Assembly: GCA_902794075.1 (NCBI GenBank)
Contig: CADBGE010000001.1
Span: forward strand, 276,477-340,476
Length of the DNA: 64,000 nucleotides
Reading direction: 5' to 3'
DNA from: an uncultured Erysipelotrichaceae bacterium
GTDB taxonomy: Bacteria; Bacillota_I; Bacilli_A; RF39; UBA660
A model generated the notes under the pieces. It searched no databases. It saw only the letters and a program-made list of their open reading frames with translations, and was not told the DNA's origin. The translations under genes were made by a program, and so were the position numbers. Positions 36,247 to 44,153 of the stretch are shown one piece after another. How positions within the stretch are numbered: the stretch's first letter is position 1; each line of letters opens with the position of its first letter.

Positions 36247-36666
36247 CTATGATATCATTTTATGAATATCTTCATCACTAAAAACATAACAACTAAGTGC
36301 ATGAATATGATTATTCTTATTGTTGATTGGATATAACAAATAACTATCATCGTACCAATCTAAATGAACGTCTGAACTTAATTCATTTTTTCTATATGGT
36401 CGTTCTCCAACAATGCATTTTATTAGAACATTGTCATATCTATCATACATCCAAACTTCTTCTTTCTTTTCAAACACATGATCGTTTCGTCCTCTAAATA
36501 TTGTAGGTTTCTCACTATTTAATTCATTATAATTTACTATAAAATGATGTGTTTGGCATTCACATATTACATTGCCTTTAGCATCATATGAAATTTCAGT
36601 TAAATTATCTTCTGACTGTCCGCCATGAACTGGATTAAGTATGTATGTTTTTAATATAAAAAGCAA
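36247..36666 (-). CDS. hypothetical protein
   Basis: 139-aa ORF. The start is uncertain. Confidence 0.45.
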   Translation of the reverse strand: MLFILKTYILNPVHGGQSEDNLTEISYDAKGNVICECQTHHFIVNYNELNSEKPTIFRGRNDHVFEKKEEVWMYDRYDNVLIKCIVGERPYRKNELSSDVHLDWYDDSYLLYPINNKNNHIHALSCYVFSDEDIHKMIS

Positions 36667-36981
36667 TTGTTATCATGATTATGCTTTACTATAAATCGTT
36701 GGGCATGGATTCTACTATCAAAGAAGCCAAATGGAGTTCGGGAACATTCTATTATGTTCTTATCTGAATCGTCAGCATATTCATTGGCTATAATTTTTGT
36801 CAATCTATATATTAACTTATTTAACATTTTATTGTTTGTTGTTTGTTGTTACATTATTTTTGAATTTATCACAATTAAAATATAAAAATATTCTTAAAAA
36901 AATTCAATGAATTCCAATGATATTTTTAAATATTTTTATATATACTAAGTATAACTTAATGATTAAATTTATAGATTAGAT

Positions 36982-38607
36982 ATGAAGAACATTGATGAAT
37001 ATATAATAGAACAAGAATTTAATGACAACTTTTTAATAGAAGAAGGTTTTCTTTCATGGATAGCCAAACTTGGAAAAAAATTCTGGAATTGGTTAACAAG
37101 TAAAAATTATAAGTCAGATGATTTGGATTGGTCTCTTTATAATGACAAAGGAAAACGTCTAAAAATGAAGTGGTATGATATAAGCAATGATCATTTGACA
37201 TCAATGTTCAACGGAAAGAATGGATTAGAAGAACAGTTCATTAATATTATAAAAACATTAAAAAAATACAACAAGTTCAGTAAACATATACAAGGACGAA
37301 ACGCGATAAACATAAATAAGATTCCTCCTATAGTAATATTATATACAACTAATAAAAAATTCATATATTCATTACTTAAAGGTTCATATAAAAATGTATA
37401 TAACAAATATGAGAACAAGATTCATAACATTCAAAATCCTGTAATGATATTGTCAATAGAAATAGCAAGAGATAATGACAATAGTATAGAAAGAATTTGG
37501 GATGATTATATATATTCAGAAATAACAGATGCATTCTTGGATTCATATGATATTGTTTTCTTTGATGTAAACAACATAAATAAACTAAAAAAATATTTAA
37601 AGGATGAATGGGGAATTTCTAATTCGTTTCCTATTGCTGATGGAATAGAAGAATGGGAAGACATTAGTGATGAGATCGAAGATGAAGAAGATGACTCAAC
37701 TGAAGAAGATGATTCAGCAAAAGAAGATGATTCAACAAAAGAAGATGATTCAAACAATGGTTCAGAAAAAGCTCCAGACCCAGATGATGGTTCAGTAAAA
37801 ATTCATTCAGAAGATGATAAAAATATTAATCACACAATAGTTTTCTTTGATGAGAAAAAAGAAAAGGTAGCAGAATCAAACATTATAATATATAATAAAA
37901 AAACAAAGGATATATTTGAAGATATACTTGAAGGCATGCCTATAGATAACAAAGGATACTATAATCTATTGATGACTGATTTAGAAATTTCTGATAAATA
38001 TAGTGAATCAGACTATAGAAATGTAATATCTGATTTTATAATACCAGTAATATTTGAAAAGTGCACACATATTATAAAAGAAATAAATGAAAAAGAATCA
38101 ACAGCAAAGCAAATAAAAGTATATATAAAATTAGATGATGAAAAATATGAAAAGCACATAAAGGCATTAAGTGCACTTTCAAAGTCAAAGAAGATAAAAG
38201 AATCTATAAAAAAGATATTTATAATAATAGGCTCAACTACAGAAAATTTAATGGCCGGAGAAAAGAAAGCCGAAAAGACAGAAATAAAAGAATCACTTGA
38301 CATTGACAATTTATTTTGGATGCTTGACACATGGTTCACAAATAATGAACAGGAACGTTCAACATTTATGAGCATTATTGACAATTGTATAATAAAAAGA
38401 ACATATACTAAGAATGATCTTGCTAAAATATGTGATAATATAAACTTTGAAATAAGACCGTTTATCAATTTTCTATGTAAAGACGCTGTTGTATCAGACA
38501 ATAATTCTGAAGACTATAGCATTGATTATTATTATGAACTAAAAAAAGTAATTGATGCACTAATATCTAATAAAGCAACAAATAATAAATATGTTCGTTT
38601 TTCATAA
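36982..38607 (+). CDS. hypothetical protein with acidic low-complexity repeat and CTS-like leader
   Basis: 541 aa, the only plus-strand gene in this stretch. The N-terminus is MKNIDEYIIE. The central repeat is EEDDSTEEDDSAKEDDSTKEDDS. Confidence 0.6.
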   Translation: MKNIDEYIIEQEFNDNFLIEEGFLSWIAKLGKKFWNWLTSKNYKSDDLDWSLYNDKGKRLKMKWYDISNDHLTSMFNGKNGLEEQFINIIKTLKKYNKFSKHIQGRNAININKIPPIVILYTTNKKFIYSLLKGSYKNVYNKYENKIHNIQNPVMILSIEIARDNDNSIERIWDDYIYSEITDAFLDSYDIVFFDVNNINKLKKYLKDEWGISNSFPIADGIEEWEDISDEIEDEEDDSTEEDDSAKEDDSTKEDDSNNGSEKAPDPDDGSVKIHSEDDKNINHTIVFFDEKKEKVAESNIIIYNKKTKDIFEDILEGMPIDNKGYYNLLMTDLEISDKYSESDYRNVISDFIIPVIFEKCTHIIKEINEKESTAKQIKVYIKLDDEKYEKHIKALSALSKSKKIKESIKKIFIIIGSTTENLMAGEKKAEKTEIKESLDIDNLFWMLDTWFTNNEQERSTFMSIIDNCIIKRTYTKNDLAKICDNINFEIRPFINFLCKDAVVSDNNSEDYSIDYYYELKKVIDALISNKATNNKYVRFS

Positions 38608-38720
38608 ACGAACAACTTGCGGCAAAGCAATATGTAAGATTTAGTTAAGAATTTTTTAAACAATTTTTAACATATTTTTAAACATATGATATGGTGTCTA
38701 GAACATCTTAGATACTATCT

Positions 38721-38799
38721 AGATCATCCTCTATTGACATTTTATATTCGTTTTAATAATTTTATCATTACGATTTTTTATGTCAATAGAGGATGATCT
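38721..38799. repeat. perfect 20-bp inverted repeat with 39-bp AT-rich spacer between convergent genes
   Basis: agatcatcctctattgacat (38721-38740) is the exact reverse complement of atgtcaatagaggatgatct (38780-38799). Confidence 0.9.
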
Positions 38800-38824
38800 A
38801 TGAACTTTTTATATATGAAATGAA

Positions 38825-40129
38825 TTATGCTATTCTTTTCTGTTTTATATTGTCAATCATGCAAAAATTGTTCTTTTCAGGAAATAATGTATTGTCATCC
38901 TTTGCATTCCAGTTTAACAGAATTCTTACCGCCTCGGACACCATATATTCAGCAGTCTTCACAGGAACATTTTGACCAAGCTGATATGAAATTTTTCCAG
39001 CATGAATATCATCAACAGCAAGTTCAAAATCATGAGGCATCCCCATTAGTTCCATATTCTCTCTAAGATTTATTAATCTATTTTCGTATGGATGAATAGT
39101 ATTTTCAATGTTACGGAACATTACAGCAGGACATGTATCAATTGACATCTTAGGTGTGAACATAAAGAATCCAAGTCCATGCTTATATTTATATTCAACG
39201 TCATTAATCTTTCTATGCCAAGATTCCTTTTGTTTATCTGTTATGTCATAATCATCAGTAAACTTTCTAAATCTATCAAACATATCCTGAGCACATAGTT
39301 CTGACACAAGATCTTTCTTATGCATCTTTTCTCGCCAATTTTCACCATATTCGGCTAGGAAGAAATCCATTAATATCTTAGCATAATACCTCCATGGAGA
39401 AATTTCATACTTAAGCCCCTTAGGAATTGCTTTGAAGTAGTCAGTCGCAGAAATATGCTCATTCACAAAGTTTATGATACGAGGTTCATCATTTCCTTCA
39501 GTTATCTTAAAGAAGAACACAAATGTACGAGGCCGCCTTTGACAGTTCTTATGAAGCTGAGTATCTGTTTTAAAATATGTAACCGTATAACCATACTTTT
39601 TGGCAAGTTCGTTAAACCAATTACGAAGTTGTTCTCCCTTTATTGTAAATAACGCAGGAGCATTCTCAAATATATATACACGTGGCTTAAGTTCAGATAG
39701 TGTATATTCTGCGATGAACTTCATATTACAGTTCTTAATATTCTTCGTTTCCTCGCCAAATGTCGACACAGTGCTAAGTCCTGAACAGATAGGCACAGCA
39801 ACAACTAGGTCAAGGTCTTTATTATATATATTAACTGAATTTCCTGATTCATCTACAATTTCTTGTTTCATATTGTCATCACCATCAAACATCTGCCTTG
39901 TGGCAAACTGATAATATGCAGGCATACGATTATGTTTCTTTAGATAATTTGTAAGATGACGTTCATTGCCACATCCAGTTATCTCATTATTCTTATTCTT
40001 CTTTATGTCATTGAGCCCCTTGAAGCTCAATATGAATTCTGCAGGATGTCCTATTGCATTCTCTGCACCTAAGTACATTCCACCAGTAAGTGGCTGTATT
40101 GCTGCCCATCTAATTTCTTCTTTAGTCAT
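38825..40129 (-). CDS. DNA (cytosine-5)-methyltransferase
   Basis: 434 aa with ordered C5-MTase motifs: PICSGLS (motif IV PC), FENAPAL (motif VI ENV-like), QRRPRTFVFF (motif VIII QxRxR), GQNVPV (motif X GNxVP). Confidence 0.8.
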   Translation of the reverse strand: MTKEEIRWAAIQPLTGGMYLGAENAIGHPAEFILSFKGLNDIKKNKNNEITGCGNERHLTNYLKKHNRMPAYYQFATRQMFDGDDNMKQEIVDESGNSVNIYNKDLDLVVAVPICSGLSTVSTFGEETKNIKNCNMKFIAEYTLSELKPRVYIFENAPALFTIKGEQLRNWFNELAKKYGYTVTYFKTDTQLHKNCQRRPRTFVFFFKITEGNDEPRIINFVNEHISATDYFKAIPKGLKYEISPWRYYAKILMDFFLAEYGENWREKMHKKDLVSELCAQDMFDRFRKFTDDYDITDKQKESWHRKINDVEYKYKHGLGFFMFTPKMSIDTCPAVMFRNIENTIHPYENRLINLRENMELMGMPHDFELAVDDIHAGKISYQLGQNVPVKTAEYMVSEAVRILLNWNAKDDNTLFPEKNNFCMIDNIKQKRIA

Positions 40130-40164
40130 ATATCTTTTATTTATATATAATTATAGTATTTTTA

Positions 40165-40887
40165 TCATTTTATGTAATTATAATGTCTATCATAAACATG
40201 CAAAGAACCGCAGTTATATTCAATGTATGGTTTATGTTCACTCATTGGAATACCGTTTGTAATTAAATCATCATATAACTTATCATATACATATTTATGC
40301 CAATGTAAATCATTGTTAAAACCAAACACCGCATCGCATGATCTTTGATATACTATATATTTCAATTCATATACTTCTATATTGTTATCAGGATGCTGTA
40401 TTTCATTTAAGAAACAATGAACATAATGCGTACACATAAAATCCATCATTCCATTTTTATTCCAATCAGTCTGCATCTGAGGTCTTGTGTATATCATAAC
40501 GGCCTGTCTTGTTAAATTATTTCTTAATAATGACTTAAGACAATATCCATACTGATTTCCGTTTTCTTCAGAAAAAATACACCATCCATAATTAGAATTA
40601 ATATACCCGTTAGGTGTACTTACAAGTTTCCATATCTTTGGTGTCTTTCCAGGAATGTCATTTACATTCAAAGATTCTGATTCATACCATTCTATTTCTT
40701 TATTTGCATAATCATAATTTGGTTCACGAATTATATAATCCTTGTCACAGATAAAATGAATGTTCTGCAGTTCAACTGTGTTTCCTCTAAATTCATTATT
40801 CTTATATTTGTTTTTAAATAATTTTAAAATGTCTTCCGTATTATAAGTATCATTGTTCATAATCATAAAGTTAAAAAATAAAGTCAT
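40165..40887 (-). CDS. deoxycytidylate (dCMP) hydroxymethylase, T4 gp42-like (thymidylate synthase superfamily)
   Basis: 240 aa. The blocks EIEWYESESLNVNDIPGKTPKIW, INSNYGW, AVMIYTRPQMQ, MDFMCTHYV (catalytic Cys), QRSCDAVFGFNND and GSLHVYDRHY match my recollection of T4 gp42 block by block. An Asp (NND) sits where thymidylate synthases carry the uracil-specifying Asn. The true start may be an internal Met at about 40866. Confidence 0.75.
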   Translation of the reverse strand: MTLFFNFMIMNNDTYNTEDILKLFKNKYKNNEFRGNTVELQNIHFICDKDYIIREPNYDYANKEIEWYESESLNVNDIPGKTPKIWKLVSTPNGYINSNYGWCIFSEENGNQYGYCLKSLLRNNLTRQAVMIYTRPQMQTDWNKNGMMDFMCTHYVHCFLNEIQHPDNNIEVYELKYIVYQRSCDAVFGFNNDLHWHKYVYDKLYDDLITNGIPMSEHKPYIEYNCGSLHVYDRHYNYIK

Positions 40888-40959
40888 TTATAATTATAAT
40901 ATATAAATAATGTTAAAATATTTTTAATTATACACGAGAATATATTATCAAAAACAATA

Positions 40960-41181
40960 ATGGCAAAAGTAGTAAAACTAAAGGACAGACAATCAAACCC
41001 TATTTTACCACTAACACGTTCTACTTTAGTAGAAATGAACAGTGGAGAATCTGCTCAAGAAAAAATTGATTCATTAGAAGATTCATTATTGGACATTGAA
41101 TATAATTTAGCAAACACGGCATTAGTTATTGATTCATCAACAAATACTTCTGAAATAGAATCACAACTTGCACAAATATAA
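40960..41181 (+). CDS. tail-fibre-associated protein, N-terminal anchor module only
   Basis: 73 aa. MAKVVKLKDRQSNPILPLTRSTLVEMNSGESAQEKIDSLEDSLLDIEYNLANTALV is a paralog of the first 55 aa of 41739-42221. Confidence 0.55.
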   Translation: MAKVVKLKDRQSNPILPLTRSTLVEMNSGESAQEKIDSLEDSLLDIEYNLANTALVIDSSTNTSEIESQLAQI

Positions 41182-41193
41182 AGAAATTGAATC

Positions 41194-41685
41194 ATGAGTA
41201 TACAAAGTCAAATAAATAGATTACAAAATGCAAAGACGGCTTTAAAAACTGCTATAGAAGGTAAAGGTGTAACTGTTCCTAGTAGTACAAAGTTAGATGG
41301 TTATGCTGATTTGGTTGACAGTATTAGTGGAGGAAGTAGTTCATCTGACGGTTGGGCATACTTTTATTATAATGGATGTTATGCTGATGATTTCTCTAGA
41401 GTATATAATTACATTACACAGAGCAATGTTACTCTTGAAATAAATTATTGGTTGGATGCATCTTATACTGGATGGATGCCTAAACAACTTCCAGTAAAAG
41501 CCACTACTAATACTAATTATATCCCAGTATACTTTAGAGCTAAAGCGAATAGTTCAGCTGGAGGTTATTTTCAGTTTGGAACGAACGGGCATATGTGTAA
41601 AGTAACGGTCATGAAATTTGAAGATGTTGATACTTCAATAAATTATATTGGTAAGATAGAAGCTATAAATGGAGGAGCAAGTTAA
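41194..41685 (+). CDS. tail-fibre-like protein
   Basis: 163 aa. The N-terminal IQSQINRLQNAKTALKTAIEGKGVTVPSSTKLDGYADLVDSI is a motif I associate with phage tail-fibre proteins. It lies in the structural cassette. Confidence 0.5.
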   Translation: MSIQSQINRLQNAKTALKTAIEGKGVTVPSSTKLDGYADLVDSISGGSSSSDGWAYFYYNGCYADDFSRVYNYITQSNVTLEINYWLDASYTGWMPKQLPVKATTNTNYIPVYFRAKANSSAGGYFQFGTNGHMCKVTVMKFEDVDTSINYIGKIEAINGGAS

Positions 41686-41738
41686 TAACTAACAACATAA
41701 AAGAACTATCGTAAGTAATTAAAATGTAACATATAACA

Positions 41739-42221
41739 ATGGCAAAATCTGTTAAATTAAAAGATAGAAATAATAATCAAATATTACCTATCACTCGTGC
41801 AACTACTGTTGAAATGAATGATGGAACTAATATGCAAGAGAAGCTAGATTCAATTGAAGATAATATATTAGAAGTTAATTATGATTCAACAAACACTGCA
41901 TTGGTATTTAGGAGCGGTATTGTGAAAACTTATACAATAACTTTGAAAGATGAAAATAAAGTTGTATCGGATATTACTTTAAATGGAACATTATATCAAA
42001 CTAAAGATTTTCCAATGGAAATTAACGAGGGAGATTCGTTGAATGTTTCTATTTTTTGTTATGATACATGTAATTATTCAACAAAAATGTGTGATACTAT
42101 TGTTTCAACATCAGAATCTTTTAGTATACAGAGTGTAAGTGGAAATATAGTAATAACAGTTAAAACAATTTCGCCATCCGGAGGAGATGATCCTGTTAAT
42201 CCTGTTATTCCAAGATCATAA
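41739..42221 (+). CDS. tail-fibre-associated protein (anchor module plus C-terminal domain)
   Basis: 160 aa that shares its N-terminal 55 aa with 40960-41181. Confidence 0.55.
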   Translation: MAKSVKLKDRNNNQILPITRATTVEMNDGTNMQEKLDSIEDNILEVNYDSTNTALVFRSGIVKTYTITLKDENKVVSDITLNGTLYQTKDFPMEINEGDSLNVSIFCYDTCNYSTKMCDTIVSTSESFSIQSVSGNIVITVKTISPSGGDDPVNPVIPRS

Positions 42222-42298
42222 TTAATTATATTACCGTATAAATTTTAAATATAAAATTGAAAATAACGAAGTAAAATAATATAGCATATTCAAAAAAT

Positions 42299-44095
42299 AT
42301 GGCAAATATAGATAAAATAACATTAAGAGGTGTAAATTATTCCATCATTGATTCATCAGTTCCAAGTTATGTAAAAGGTATAACACAAACTGATATAACA
42401 AATTGGAATAATAAGTTAGATTCATTTACTGAAACTGACCCAAGTATTTCATCATACTTAAGAGCTATCACTGAACAAGATATAAGTAATTGGAATAATA
42501 AGTTAGATTCATTTACAGAAACAGATCCAACTGTTCCAAGTCACGTTAAATCTATAACACAACAAAATATTTCAAATTGGAACAGTAAAGTTTCTTATGA
42601 TTCACGTTGGACTGATGCAGCCGTTATTTCCTCACAAGCTATAAATTTAGTAAGTTCAAAAGCAGCCCCGGATTTTGATGAAGGCATTATTTTCAATGAC
42701 ATTAATAAGATATTCACCGGAACCAATTTAAAAAGCACTGTTTCTGGAAATAATACTGATTATAAATTCACACGTGAAGTAAATGGTGATGTTGCTGTGT
42801 TGTCGGATATTCCAGATATTTCAAGTTATGTTTCAAAATCTGAACTTAATTCTGCTGGGTATCTAACTTCATTCACTGAAACAGATCCTACAGTTCCAAG
42901 TCATGTTAAATCTATAACTGAACAAAATATTACTAATTGGAACACAGCTCATACAAATAGTCATACACATAGTAATAAGACAGTTATTGACGGAATTACC
43001 TCAACTGATATTTCAAATTGGAATAGTAAAACAGATAATGTTGGTACAATAACAGGTATCACAATGAATGGCGCAAGCAAAGGTACATCAGGTGTTGTTG
43101 ACTTAGGTACTGTATTGACTGAACATCAATCTCTTTCATCATACGCAACATCTGCAAATTATGATTCATCTACTAAGAAGATATATTTGAAACACGGAAC
43201 AACAACTTTATCTGAGATTGATGCAACAGACTTCATTAAGGATGGTATGGTTGATACAGCATATGTTCAAGGTGCAAACCTGGTAATATCATTTAATACT
43301 GATGCTGGTAAAGAAGCAGTTAATGTTCCTATTTCAGACATATTTAATGCTAATAATTATTATACAAAATCGGAGATTGATAATGCAAGTTATCTACAGT
43401 GGGATGAAAAATCATCAGTGGAACAAAACACTGATACATTAAGTATGAATAGATTATATATAGAAACTTCATCAGATACAGACATTCCGTTAAATGGTCA
43501 CATTGCATTTACTGATAATAATAGATGTTTTAATGGATTTTCAATATGCGATTACCAAGCAGATTATGGAGATAGTGTACGATATTCATTTACTCGAGAT
43601 GTAAAAGGCGATGTTGCTATAACAAATGATATAACTAAGGCTATCAATAGTTATGTTATTTCTGCATCATATCTTCAATCATTTACTGAAACAGATCCTA
43701 CCGTTCCCACACATGTTAAATCTATAACACAACAGAACATAAATGATTGGAATAATAAGTTAAGTGCAGAAACACAACTCAGTAAGGGTACAACTACTGG
43801 TTCAGGCAATGCTGTAACAGATATATCAGTTTCTAATCATCAGATAACATTAACGAAGGGTTCAACATTTCTTACTGCTCATCAAGATATAAAGACTATA
43901 AATAATCAGACAATAACTGGCACTGGCAATGTTACGATTAATGAACTTCCAACTGTGTCATCATCCGATAATGGAAAAGTTCTTCAGGTTGTAAATGGCA
44001 TATGGACCCTTGTGACTCCATTACATCTATATAGTGGAACAGGAACACCTGATAATTCACAAGGAAATAATGGTGACCTTTATATGCAAATTTAA
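42299..44095 (+). CDS. tail fibre protein with FTETDP(T/S)(V/I)(P/S)(S/T)(H/Y)(V/L)(K/R)(S/A)IT..(N/D)I..WN repeats
   Basis: 598 aa with four full copies of the roughly 28-aa repeat (aa about 42, 71, 199, 467) and one degenerate copy (GITSTDISNWNSK). Confidence 0.65.
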   Translation: MANIDKITLRGVNYSIIDSSVPSYVKGITQTDITNWNNKLDSFTETDPSISSYLRAITEQDISNWNNKLDSFTETDPTVPSHVKSITQQNISNWNSKVSYDSRWTDAAVISSQAINLVSSKAAPDFDEGIIFNDINKIFTGTNLKSTVSGNNTDYKFTREVNGDVAVLSDIPDISSYVSKSELNSAGYLTSFTETDPTVPSHVKSITEQNITNWNTAHTNSHTHSNKTVIDGITSTDISNWNSKTDNVGTITGITMNGASKGTSGVVDLGTVLTEHQSLSSYATSANYDSSTKKIYLKHGTTTLSEIDATDFIKDGMVDTAYVQGANLVISFNTDAGKEAVNVPISDIFNANNYYTKSEIDNASYLQWDEKSSVEQNTDTLSMNRLYIETSSDTDIPLNGHIAFTDNNRCFNGFSICDYQADYGDSVRYSFTRDVKGDVAITNDITKAINSYVISASYLQSFTETDPTVPTHVKSITQQNINDWNNKLSAETQLSKGTTTGSGNAVTDISVSNHQITLTKGSTFLTAHQDIKTINNQTITGTGNVTINELPTVSSSDNGKVLQVVNGIWTLVTPLHLYSGTGTPDNSQGNNGDLYMQI

Positions 44096-44153
44096 TGGAT
44101 TTCGTTAATGTACAAAAACTATAATATAATTTAATTATAATGTAATTTAGCTA

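Noticed and set aside
4870-36908. The recurring AAATTCAAA / ATTACGATTATAA repeats as a possible CRISPR array or dispersed mobile repeat.
   Set aside because: Copies are kilobases apart and always intergenic, always on the same strand just upstream of a gene start. Their internal structure matches -35/-10 spacing. There is no regular repeat-spacer periodicity.
38593-38613. The gttcgttt-ttcat-aaacgaac hairpin over the stop codon of 36982-38607 as its terminator.
   Set aside because: The stem is short and no T run follows it. The 20-bp inverted repeat 110 nt downstream is a stronger candidate.
40165-40887. Annotating this ORF as thymidylate synthase (ThyA).
   Set aside because: The block pattern follows the dCMP hydroxymethylase branch, and the base-specifying position carries Asp rather than the Asn of ThyA. 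An alignment is still needed to confirm this.
40903-40910. TATAAATA (T4 late-promoter consensus) 50 nt upstream of the tail-fibre cassette.
   Set aside because: Other structural-gene upstream regions in the window lack an exact copy. An 8-mer made only of A and T is expected by chance many times in this composition.
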